A stretch of 64,000 nucleotides of DNA from contig CM120644.1 of assembly GCA_051362555.1 (NCBI GenBank), positions 70,954 to 134,953 on the forward strand. The letters are read 5' to 3'. The notes under the pieces were generated by a model. The model saw only the letters and a list, made by a program, of their open reading frames with translations, was not told the origin of the DNA and searched no databases. Position 1 is the first letter of the stretch; each line of letters opens with the position of its first letter. Origin of the DNA: Lingula anatina. Its lineage: Eukaryota > Animalia > Brachiopoda. Shown here in pieces: positions 25,911 through 38,100 of this stretch. The translations under genes and the position numbers were made by a program.

Positions 25911-27068
25911 GTAATAGGAATAGACAAAGCAGAATAATATGCTGATTAATCCTTAAAATACTGCTGGACTGTTTTATTATAAATCCAGTTGTACCTGATT
26001 ATCTCACCATTGATGGTATAGGCATGCAAAACTTCTTGTAGTTTTTATCTTAAACTGAACATACAAATGGAATAAAGTTCTTTCCAAAGCAGGGTCCAGA
26101 CTGTGTATCTTGTGCATGGAAAAACAAGCGGGTCTGAAGAAAAGTGATCTCACAGAAATTTTTGAAACCAGCTTTAGACCAGTGCTCGGGTATGGTTGCC
26201 ACGACGCAACGCCAGAATTGCCGCGGAACATTTTTAGTCCCCAGAGAACATCCAAAGATAGCATTTGGTATTAAAACACCCTGACCTAACAAACGATGAA
26301 GCAATGAACATCAGTGAATCGCCCACCTCGGAATTCGTACTAACTTATTTTACTTTTACACTCGTACCATTGAAAAATACCTTGGGAATCTTAACATTTA
26401 TAGCTTAATAAATTTCGGACTGAACGATTGGGAACACTTTTTAATCATGATGTTTATACCCACTTCAGTGAACTGCGTCTGGTCATGAACTCGTAGCTTT
26501 TGAAAAGAATGGCACTATATATAATTATCAATATTTTCTTTAATATTTATTTTAAAGCTTTTTTTCCAGTGACCGAATCTTGGTCAATTTTAACACTACA
26601 TATTTATATTTGCATTCAATACATGTTAAATGTATTGCTAAGATACTACAATAAAATACAATTGTTACACGAATCTCCTCGCATAGGCAGATATTATTTG
26701 CATGTTTTAATGTCTATAATTTGTTTTGGTTTCATTATAAACTCTTTTGGCCGGACATGTTTTGTTCCGCCGCCCGCCGTCATTGTAAGGAGTGTTGATA
26801 CCTGTACACCACACACACAGTTTTATCCCGAGGCCGGATGCCTGGTGGCTATGTTCATATCTGTACACCACACACACACAGTATTGTCTCGAGCAAGGAT
26901 GTCTGGTGGTTATGTTGTGGGCAGTTTACTAGTGGTTACGCGTATGAACAACTGACCAACAACTGTCCTAGAGGCATGTCCATCATTAAGGTCTGTAATG
27001 GAGAAATTGGTGGGTTTCCCCTAATCTCATTCATCTCGGCTCGCCCTTATACATGACGCACTTACCCT

Positions 27069-27704
27069 TAAACCTAGATTACATTTGCCATGGACGCCGT
27101 GCGATGAAATCGCAAACGATTTTCCGTGCGATTTTTATGGCATTATAAGTGTCTCCGGGCTACGGCGAGAAAGTGTACAGTACGAGCAGATGCTGTGCTC
27201 TTTCGCCGATATAACTTTTAGGTCACGAAGGCAAAATTAATCGTACGGAGCCCTTTCAGTCTGACCATTGACCGTACGGCTTCCTTGAAGATCAACACGT
27301 GGCGAATTTCAGGTCAGATTCAGGAAAAGCACAACTTCAAATCCGTGCAAGCAAATAACACAAAGTTTTTAACATCTTTGCTTTTGTTATGCCTCCTAAT
27401 ACATCCAAAGGAGGAAAGAAAACAGACCAGCAACTGATTCAAACATTGTTACGATCACCGCCAGTCAACTAAACATTGCCCATACGGAAACTGCAATGCC
27501 ATCAACGATTATCCTACAAACTACGGATTAACATAGCTCAATTTGTCAAAAGTTTTAGCTTGAAAAAAACGTAGAGGTCACAGATGTCATAAATCCGCAC
27601 GATTTTGCAAAAGCACCGTCTGCCGTGGCTCAGACGCTGCATGAAAAGGGATACATGTACTTGTACATTACTTACTCCGCATGCCAAATATAATCTATGC
27701 TTTA
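27069..27704. mobile_element. Non-autonomous TIR element (MITE-like)
   Basis: Imperfect TIRs taaacctagattacatttgcca / tgccaaatataatctatgcttta. Confidence 0.5.
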
Positions 27705-27992
27705 GGTTATAATGAAGAGTTACAAATGTACGCCTGCTCTGTCGCACTACAGTGGACAGAGGTCCATATGAGTATATTGTATATCAAATTCATTATACGC
27801 ACAACTTTGAACGTATGAAATTATCCTTTTTCCAGCTTTTGAGAATGAAAGTATGGCAGCGTAGAAATTGAAAGCGTATTTACACCGTATGACTTGCGTT
27901 TGAATATCGTATGAGTAACATAAACAGTAAAAGCGTCTGTCAAGGTATGTCGTCGTAAGTGTGGCGTATATTATATGTAACGTATAGGCCTA

Positions 27993-28605
27993 CAGGCCTA
28001 CCCAACTACCAGACTCGGCACCTACGGATCCAGAATAAACCGGTATATCAGACCACACTACCCGTTTTCAAGGTGTGTGTCAGATCGCATTACAGAGTAT
28101 CATACCCCATCACAAATTTTGTAGGCCTACCTGTCATCCGGGTATCGCGCCTCGTTTTCGTCAAGTAGGAGTCGTATGAATACAACAACATGGCGACAGA
28201 CGGTAGTCGGTGAAAAAATCGCATAATTTTATTTAACCCCGACAGAATATGCTTCCGCTATCAAAATTAGGTATATTTTTCTAAATTAATATATAAGTTT
28301 GCAAGTTCTTATTTACAAAACATCATTGGCTATGGTCGAACCTAAATTTTATGTTAAAAAATTGCGGTATTGTCAGATTTTTAGCATAAACAGGGATTGC
28401 AGCAGCGCATGAATCTAGATGAGATGCACTACTTTCCAACCCCGCTTAGGATCATGGCTATCACATAGCGCACCAGGCAAAATCGGTGTGGTGGCTGATA
28501 CTCTGTAATGCGATCTGACACACACCTTGAAAACGGGTAGTGTGGTCTGATATACCGGTTTATTCTGGATCCGTAGGTGCCGAGTCTGGTAGTTGGGTAG
28601 GCCTG
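27993..28605. mobile_element. MITE/foldback with 110-bp apparently perfect terminal inverted repeats
   Basis: 27993-28102 is the reverse complement of 28496-28605; no coding capacity; no clean TSD seen. Confidence 0.85.
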
Positions 28606-29278
28606 GTATAAGAACCGCATGTGAGCGTTTGATAAGCATGTAGGCTATATACCTGTATAAGTTTTAATTAGCATTTGAGTACCGTATATGTATACATATA
28701 AATGCAATGAATAACGCATATAAGCATGTGGGAAATGATTGGGCAGCGTACTTCTGTTTGGTTAATAATTTTGAACTGCAAACTGGATAAAATCCAACTG
28801 GTATTATAAAATCCAACTGGTATTATAAAATCGTCACCTCCATCTGGACCAGCTGTGGAAACTGAACTCTGATCGTACCACTGTGACAAACCGCACGGTT
28901 TCTCACGCAATAACCAGACGATAGGTAAACATCAAATACATTCCGCAATCGCTTCCATACTCAACGAATATGTTGATATACGCTGGACAAATGGGAACAT
29001 ACGTTAATTAATCGTAAGAGATACGTTCCATACGCTACTTCTAACAACAAGCCGCACTAAAGGCGTAACTGTTACGTATTCCTAACGTCAATTTCGTGTG
29101 CTCGCCGTTTGCCTAGCGTATTCCCAGCGTACGAGCAACGTATTCTCATATCAAAGTGAATGTTCTGATTCATCCAGTTATATATTTTACTGAGATAATG
29201 AGAAAATTAAATTTAATATTAAATCTTACATTGATCTGGAGATAAGGTCTTGCCAATTGTAGGCATTAAACCCCTTAA

Positions 29279-31811
29279 AGACGTCTGTAAAGCCTCTCTT
29301 CTGGTCCTCAAATCAAGTTCGGTCCCTTGGTTCTAAACTGTTTACCAGAGGCTCTGTTATGGTTTTACACCTGTTAATGTCCATTATGACGTGTTCTAAC
29401 GTGTTCCCCAAACGTGCCCTTGGCTGACTCTCTTTTGGGCCCCAAACTTTTTCTGCGGTATAGTCTTCATTTGGAAACCTGCCAGTATGACGTTCGGGGG
29501 AGGGGAGGGGATTAATTACTTGCAGTTAAGCAACTCAACTAACGGTCATTTGGTTGATTAGCAAGATCAACGGACTACCTGGCTATTATTTCACAGCATA
29601 AATGGAAAGATATAAATTGCAGAGTAACCTTGTGTCGCAAGGATACTACTTATAATTATTTATTCCCTTCATGCTCCCTCTCCCCCCCCCCCCCTCCCCG
29701 GGCACTTGTAATTGATACTGCGTATCTTGATTAATGTGGAAGAATTGAAAGATGAAAAGAGCGCCCAGACGTGCTTTTGACAGGTCAGGTCACGAAGTAA
29801 CGGATACGGCATCTCAGGCCACAAAATATGGCTTCACAGGGCAGTGAACAAGCTCGAGAAATTTCCCTCTCCGACAAAATTCCGAGCACATATGGTAACC
29901 CTGCTTCCTTACATGTCTTTACAACAATTCAGTATCATTATACTGAATTCTATTACTGTTCTATAACTAATGTTGTATTCAACCATTTAATAAAATTTAA
30001 TATTTGAAGAAAATTTTATTGCAGGATTTTACAATATCACTATTTTGCACCATTGCTATTATATGGCGCAGAGTACAGGTTCCAAACAGGTATACCTGCA
30101 AACAGTAAAATTATTTCATATTAATAAAATATAAACAATAATGTTTATCATAATAAGTAAACCACTCAGCAGTCTAACTGGCTACGGGTTATTGCCAAGA
30201 TGTGTTTAGTTTATAACACTCTCCCCTAGTTCGGGACATTTATTTACAGAATGTCTTGACCTCTCTCTCCCTCGTCATAAATCTGACATTTAAAATTAGT
30301 ATTTCAATTCAGGATATTTACAGAAATGTGTGAACATCATATTAATTTGAGAAAGGGTATTTTACAGTGTTCGTAAATGTTACAAAGGAAATTACCAAAT
30401 ATATATATAGATTTCCATATTGAGAAGACATGTTCCTTTATTCCCCCTCTCCAGATTTCATGGCCCGAGGAGCAATATGTTTGTCCTAAGCTCTGAAGCT
30501 CTGAACGCGCTTGATAGAAACCAGATGTGGAGATAGTAAGATTTTATTGCCCGAGCCAGACTACCGAGTTTCCAGTCTTACAGGTTGAAATGTTAGCCTT
30601 TAATTTTGCCCAAGGGAGTACGGCGTTGTGTAACAGTAAATTGCATTGGTATGCATACTTATACTACGTAGTTATACTGGATCTGTCCTCTACCATTAGT
30701 CGATCAAATCGCCACAATGTCTTTGGTCAGATCACTGGGATTTCATGATATTCCCTTCACTGTACGCTCCTAAAGCAGTACAATTGGGATGCTACATGTA
30801 AGTTGCCATCCAGTAGCAAAACATCACTTAAACATATATAGCTTGTGAAAGCCTAGGTATAAATACCAACAAGGTATGCAGCACATCTCTAAACCAGCCC
30901 CGTCAATCAAACACACATAATGTTCACTTGCGTCTTAGTTTAAATGCAGTCAAACAGGCTATAATTACGAATATATTGCACGTTTATTAATAAACATTGT
31001 TTATTTTAGATCCGCTGATTCGAAAATAATATAATCCATTTCTACTACTTGCACAAAACGCCTACATTTTGGTATTTTTATAGTGACCATACCTAAACCC
31101 TAAATCCTGAAAATTGAAAAAAAAACTGAAACAAAATGCGTAAATGAATAAAGTAGCTAGACTATCCTTCATAGGGAGCTCTTTACATAAATTGCAGTAT
31201 TAATCGATTTATAAAACGTATGCAGTAAAAATCCATTATACTGTGCCTATATAAGCTCTGAATCACTTTAGTTCTTGACAGTCCAGTGGACATTTAGGAA
31301 ATTCACGGGAATAAACGCGTCCATATGAAAATAAGAGCTTATACTAACTTGAAACGGAATAAAGAACGAGTGAGTGAGTGAGTACCCCCCCCCCCACACA
31401 CACACACATGCACAATCACCCTCGAATGTAACTGTCAAAACAAGAAGCAGAGAACGCCATAAACATTGTAGTAGTATTAAGCATCCTAAAGGTAGTCACG
31501 CAGCAAAACTTTTCTGTTCTTTAAAAAATCTGAGAATATATTATAGCAAATATAATACAATTTAAATAATTGAAATGCATTTCTTTCCAACATTCAGTTT
31601 ACGTACGTTTTTTGGTAGCCTCTCAAAGTTTTAAACCTCAAATATTAGAGACCATAATAGAGTCATCCAAAGACACGTTTGTGGAACACGTTAGAACACG
31701 TCATGATGGACATTAACAGGTGTAGGACCAGAACAGAGCCTCTGGTAAACAGTTTAGAGCCAAGGGACCGAACTTGATTTGAGGACCAGAAGAGAGGCTT
31801 TACAGACGTCT
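29279..31811. mobile_element. Inverted pair of ~140-165 bp repeats 2.5 kb apart (possible TIR element or two opposed copies of a short repeat)
   Basis: 29279-29416 (agacgtctgtaaagcctctcttctggtcctcaaatc...) is a close reverse complement of 31675-31811, with weaker similarity extending inward. Confidence 0.65.
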
Positions 31812-32120
31812 ACTACAACATGCACCAATCCTGGACTAGTGATATTAATGTGAAGTCAACAAGCTTAGCTTTGCCAAAATACTGTTTACCATTTATGCAA
31901 ATACCATTTAAAACTCATATCACCAGAAAAAAAGGAAATTGTGTTAAATTTTCGTAAATTATTAAATGTCAGTGTAACTGCCCACGACACTTCTTTGTTT
32001 TCATTTTTTGGGGGATATTTATTTATTTATTTATTGTTATTATTTTCCTTTACTTGTCCTTTACTTGTTTATTATTCACGCAAAGTGCATTTTCCGTTCT
32101 TTCTATTTTGCCCTCCTTTG

Positions 32121-32123
<3 letters not shown>

Positions 32124-32158
<35 letters not shown>
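32124..32158. repeat. (CT)n microsatellite
   Basis: Direct inspection. Confidence 0.9.
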
Positions 32159-32164
<6 letters not shown>

Positions 32165-32689
32165 CTCTCGCTCTACTAATTATAACGTTACAGGTCACCG
32201 CACACACCTAACCACATGCCTGGACCACACCCTGCACTGAACTGTTCTCATTTCACAGTCAATGTTAGGCTTCCTCTTTCTTCCTTTTCACTTTACTTTC
32301 AAACACGGAACAGGACAGGGAAGTCTCTAACGATACAGTGGATTAGCTCACTTGGGGAACAAGCTAAACTACATGTAATTCACACTAATGTAAACTTCTT
32401 CGGCTTTGGGTCTTTACAACGTTTCTGTCTATCCTTTTATAACGATATTAGCTCACTTCGTCGGAGGACAAGGTAAACTATATCAAAGCTAACGTTAACT
32501 ACTTCGGCTTCGGATCTTCGCAACGTTTCTGTTTATACTTTTTCTTGTACTTTCGTACGTACTTAGTGTATTTTTCAGTATAATTCTTGGGTTATTTTTC
32601 TTGTATTTTTTAATTTTTGATTTCAGTTTTTCTACATTTGACGTTACACTTTTGTTACCTGTTTTTTTATGTACGGACACAGATGTGTA

Positions 32690-34157
32690 TCAGTTCGAAT
32701 ATCAGCATGATCAGGCCATTTTTATGGAAGTTATGCTGTTTTTTCACTTTATTCAGCATATATCCAAACTGATAACGTGATTTTACCTTTGGCCTTGAAA
32801 CTTACAGAACTGATGAATATTCATTAAATGCAGGCCAAGTTCAATAATCAGCATGATCGGGCCATTTTCATAAAAAGTTATGCTGTTTTTTTTTTTCTTT
32901 CTTCACCATATATGCAACCCTGATAAGACATTTCAAGGAAAACTGATAAGCCTATTGCCTTGCAACTCACGGGAGTGATCAATCTTACTAAAATACAGGT
33001 TGAGTTTGAAAATAAGCTTGATGGTTCAGTTTTGATGAAGTTCTGTCTTTTTTGTATATAAATGTTTTTTCCTCAGATTTAATTCTTAGGCATGTTAATA
33101 GTCTCATTATTGAACTAATTAGATATGTAAAAGTATTCTATTGACATTCTCTGCATCTGAACAACATTGTTAGTTGATTATATAAAAATGATGGTAAACC
33201 CGTTATTGTGTATTGCGTAATTAAGTGGAAATAAACTCATATCATTCAGTTTGTCAGATTCAATCATTCACTTTGTTCAGAATTTCAGAATGGAGGAAAT
33301 TGGACATTTAAAATTGTTCTATTGATTTTTTCTTATGTCAACAATTTTCTCAGTTGATCATATAAAAATGATAGTAAATTAGTGTTGAAAATGCAAAGAA
33401 ATGCATTTCAGTACAGTTCTCTCTTGTGTACAAATTGGCATTTTCAAGGCGTGACTTGACCTTTGCTAGTCTTATTTTTTAGATATTCATGTTACCTGCA
33501 GTGCATTATTAAATAATGGTGGTGATTATATGCTGTTAAGCATTATGTAATATTGCATCAAAATTGAAGAAAACCGTATTATGGGCACTGCCTCCATAGT
33601 GACCATTAAAGGAAAACCATGTCACTAACTCTTCTCAAACTTAAAGGAAAGTAACATAGGACTTAAATACAGCTAAAGCTGGAAAACGAGTCTGATTGGC
33701 AGATTTTTCTGGAAGTTATAAAGGATTTTGTGATATAATTTTCATTTTTTATATATTGGCATTTTCAAGGCGTGACTTTGAACTTCCATGAGCTTCAAGA
33801 CCTTTGCTAGTCACATTTTCTGAATACCCATGATACTTTATTTTATTATTAAAAATTGATGGTCATTATGCTGTTAAGCATTATGTTATATTGCATAAAA
33901 GTTGAGGAAAACCCTATTTTGAACACTGCTGCCACAATGACCATTAAGGGAAAACCATGTTACTTATGATTCTCAATCTTATAGAAAAAATTCATAGGAC
34001 TGTAGTGCAGTTTGTGTTGGAAAATCAGTGTGATTGCTTTCTGTTTGGTCACAATGCAGTTCTGTATGAATTTTTTAACATAATATTTAAAGTTTTATTG
34101 CAACATTGGGTGATCAGCAGAGGGTCAGTCTGTAACTGTCCCTTGGGTAATCACTAG
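32690..34157 (+). mobile_element. Degenerate core-repeat element with Helitron-like 3' end
   Basis: Internal ~160-bp and ~320-bp subrepeats (tcagcatgatc.ggccatttt..aagttatgctg; attggcattttcaaggcgtgactt); ends in the hairpin gggtcagt-ctgta-actgtccc followed by CTAG. Confidence 0.4.
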
Positions 34158-35620
34158 CTAAGTTCAGAGCTGTTAAGTCACTTGTCTAATTAAGTTTCAA
34201 GTGGCCGTTAAATGAGATTACATAAAACCCACATGTTGAGATTTCCCTGTAAACTCCCATCAGTTAAGCTCTCTGTCAGATACAGTTTGTGAAAGTCTAA
34301 ATTATTTGTGTCACATTATTAATAATCAGTGGTAATTATGCAGGTAAATGTTGTTTAATATTGCAAATAAGATTACAGGAGAAAAAAACTATTTTGTGTA
34401 ATGCCTACATTAATGCTATAGATGAATAACTGCTTTATTATCCGCAAACTGTGGTGTTATTCATATCATGTTCATATCATGTTAATACAGCTGGATTAAA
34501 AGTTTGAATAGCGACTTAATTGAAATATTTTTTGATGTTTTCTTTTTTAATTTTTTTAAATTTATTTTTCAAACACTGGCATTTTCAAATGTGACTTAAC
34601 TCCCATCCACCTGCAGCTTTGTACATTTTCTGTATTTCCACATAAGCTATCATATTGGTGTTAATACCGTTAAACATTATGTAATATTGTTTTATACACT
34701 GTCATAATTTTTCACATATTGGGATTTTCATTATGTGAATTTGAACTCTCACGGTCCTGAAACTGTAATCTTATTGATCATGTTACCTGTTGTGCATGAT
34801 TAAAACTTAGTGTTCACTGACTGTGCTGTATGATTGATTATTGCATCAAAATTGACAAAATGATCTATATTCTGCATCTTTATTTTCTGATTTTTGTCTG
34901 TACATTTGACAGCTTTGTTGCCTTGTTTTTTTTCAGTTTTATAGTTGATTATGAGAATAAATTGAATAAACCAAATCAATCTGTGTGAGACTTTCTTGAC
35001 TGAGTGCAGCTACAGTCAATTCAATTAGAAGACTAAATGATTGTATTATCATTAATTATATTTGTATACTAATAGCTGTATTGGTATTATGAATACTTTA
35101 TATCCAAGCAGAGAAGGCAGGTCTGGGCATAACAAGACAAATTAAAGCAACCATTCCATTCATTTTGACACGATTTTATTAGACATTCTTCACCACGATG
35201 TTTTCTTCCAGTGCTTTGTTTTTGTTAATTCACTTCAGCAAATCATTGGAGGTTATAGGAGTGTGTACACAAAGCCTTAAACCTGGCAATATTAACAGCT
35301 GCATCTAAAACAAAGATCTGCACACAGTACATGGAAAAGCGCACAGATTATGGTAAAACATCACGTAACACATACTTAGAGTGGAGAGATGGGCGGACAG
35401 AGAAATTTGTAACTATTTGTGGAATTTTTCCAACTTTGCCTTGCAAAAACATAGTAATTAAAGATGCATCTGAGGCCACTTCTTGCTTTAAAGTCGACAA
35501 AACGCTAACATACAGTTATACATACATGTACATGTGTAGTATTAATTAAAGAAACAGCAGAAGATGCCATAGTTCCCTATTACCCAATAAAAGGATATTT
35601 AAATGGATTGTTAAGTCCGC

Positions 35621-36060
35621 TTTCTGTGCTGTCTTTAAACGGGGTAGAAGTAGGTCAGAAAAGTAGGTCAATTAACGACCACATTTTGAAGAAGGTGCAG
35701 TTACTCAGTAAAAGCTCTTTTGGCTGATGATATATACCTTGGCGGGTCAGCTTTGTTTTAGTCATACAAAAACTAGTAAAAACGGTTTATATGCGTTACT
35801 GGGAGACCAAGCTCCATCGCTTTAACTGTACCTTAAAGGTACATACGAACCGAGCAGTGGAATCCCAGTAACACATGTAAACCACTTCTACTAGTTTCTT
35901 ATACTACTCAAATAAATTGGACATGCCAAGGGATAAACTGAACAGATCACTCGATCAGCCATAAAAGAGCTTTAGACTGCTCCTTTCTTTAAATTTCTGA
36001 TCAGAAATTTAACCTACTTTCGTGACCTACTTTTCTTCCCCATTGACATACAGCATAGAA
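35621..36060. mobile_element. Degenerate palindromic foldback/MITE (~440 bp)
   Basis: ggggtagaagtaggtcagaaaagtaggtcaatt pairs with aatttaacctactttcgtgacctacttttcttcccc; inner arms 35769-35810 and 35858-35900 also pair. Confidence 0.65.
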
Positions 36061-36927
36061 TGCTGGCAGAAAAATCCGTTCAAACATCATTTTCGGGTAA
36101 AATTAAACACTGCCTTTTGGTAATTTTCTTAGTTATACTACTAGAAACTATATGCTTGCATTTGGTCGTTTTTTGTGACGAAAAATTGGCTTTGTATGCA
36201 TCTTTAAACTACACGATAACCTACATAAAAGTACAATCCAAATAAAATTATCTTTGTAGATTCTAACGCATATGTCTTTAAGCATGAATGCTTGACCTTT
36301 AAAATCTATCAATTTTACATACAGCATAACAATGCTCAAAATATAAAAACAATTCCACATACATTTGAGCAATAAAACAGAACTAAACAACATAGCTGGC
36401 AAACACAGTCACCACAATGAGAAAAATTTGCAATAATAGTTTTTTTAAAATAATAACGTTCACTCATGCCAATTTTCAAAAGCATCCTGCTTAACATACA
36501 CGTAAACATGTGAATTGTAAAACATAATAATGGATTGAGAAATATCACCTAAATACATTTTAAAAACTTATTTGAAAATATTCTAACCATGCTGATATTT
36601 CAAATGAATCTTTTTAAAGCAAACAATGCTACTCAGTAAATTTAAAGTAAAACAGAATTTGGGTTGGCAGTGAAAAGGTTTGATGCTTCAGAATGTGCCA
36701 ACATAGACACACACAATGATAAGAATGTATAAAGACACATACATCGACAAGACGAACAGACAATGATGAGAATGTATCAACACATGCAGTGTCTGTATAC
36801 AAAATGGATGGAAGACTCAAAACAGCATGCAATCAAAATAAACCATAAACCACATCTTAATACTCTGTAGATGTCTTCAAGTTACATTCCTAAAGTAGCT
36901 TCTATATCCTCCAGTTACAGAGCACAA

Positions 36928-37073
36928 CATATGACATCTACAGTCTACTTCTGGTTATCTCAGCCATATGATATGTGACATCCTATACAGTCTACTTCTG
37001 GTTATCTCAGCCATATGATATGTGACATCTACAGTCTACTTCTGGTTATCTCAGCCATATGATATATGACATC
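36928..37073. repeat. ~42-bp tandem repeat x3
   Basis: tgacatctacagtctacttctggttatctcagccatatga repeated. Confidence 0.85.
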
Positions 37074-37399
37074 TTGGTGGTCACAAATGTTACATTCAAA
37101 ACACTAACGACATGAATCATAATAAAAGATTGCAGTTTTTGATCAGGACGGACAACATACACATTTGTGTTTTTTTTTTTGGACCAACTTAATTACCCAT
37201 TGACCTGTATGTCTATTCAAACAAACCTGCATTGTGTGGCTTTATAGGCTCATTTAACAAAAAAATCTAAATAACAATTATCACATGGCGTAGCAAAAAA
37301 AGCTGCCACAAATCAGAAAGAAAATGTGGCTGACAAAAAATTTCAATTTAAAATAAAGTCATCAAAATCACAGTAAGTTCTTGAGTAAAAATTGTCCTA

Positions 37400-37401
<2 letters not shown>

Positions 37402-37465
<64 letters not shown>
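37402..37465. repeat. (TA)n microsatellite
   Basis: Direct inspection. Confidence 0.95.
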
Positions 37466-37468
<3 letters not shown>

Positions 37469-38014
37469 CCTTTTCTTTCTTATCTACACTAATGTCTGAC
37501 ACTTAATCAAAGAGCAATGCAAATAGCTATCTTCAATATGTTGTACAGACCAGCATGAATAGATAAATAGAGTAGTTGATATAATTAAAATTTACAGTTT
37601 GGGTAATCATGTTTTTTTATTTTCAAAATATCACATTTTTTTATGCATAAATGGAATGTATATTAAAATTTGAAAACTGGATGTAGGATTACAAACTTTG
37701 CGTCTAACATTTTATCAATCATTTCCTGAGCAGCTCTCACTTTGTACTGAAACCTGAAGCTTGTCAAAAACTATCAGTAGAGACTGATGACCTTGGAATA
37801 TACATAAAAATCTCAAACCTAGTATGGTATCTTCTCAAATTTCTCATTCTGAAATTTGCCTTTCAATCGATTTACCCTAAATTCACTTCCAAGACCTAAA
37901 TACATGTAATATCCACATCAGGAATGCATCTTGAAACCTTAATATCTGTATTCAACATAAGAAATGTATCTTGGTACTTTAATATATTTATCCACATCAG
38001 GAATGTATGACACC

Positions 38015-38100
38015 AATATAGGTCAGAACCTTGGTATACAGCTAATATAGGTCAGAACCTTGGTATACAGCCAATATAGGTCAGAACCTTGGTATACAGC
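38015..38100. repeat. 29-bp tandem repeat x3 containing the CERKL stop codon
   Basis: aatataggtcagaaccttggtatacagc x3; on the minus strand TGT ATA CCA AGG TTC TGA. Confidence 0.9.

Noticed and set aside
26004-26304. Cys-containing ORFs vaguely like a lectin fragment
   Set aside because: No coherent CTLD motifs in a single frame.
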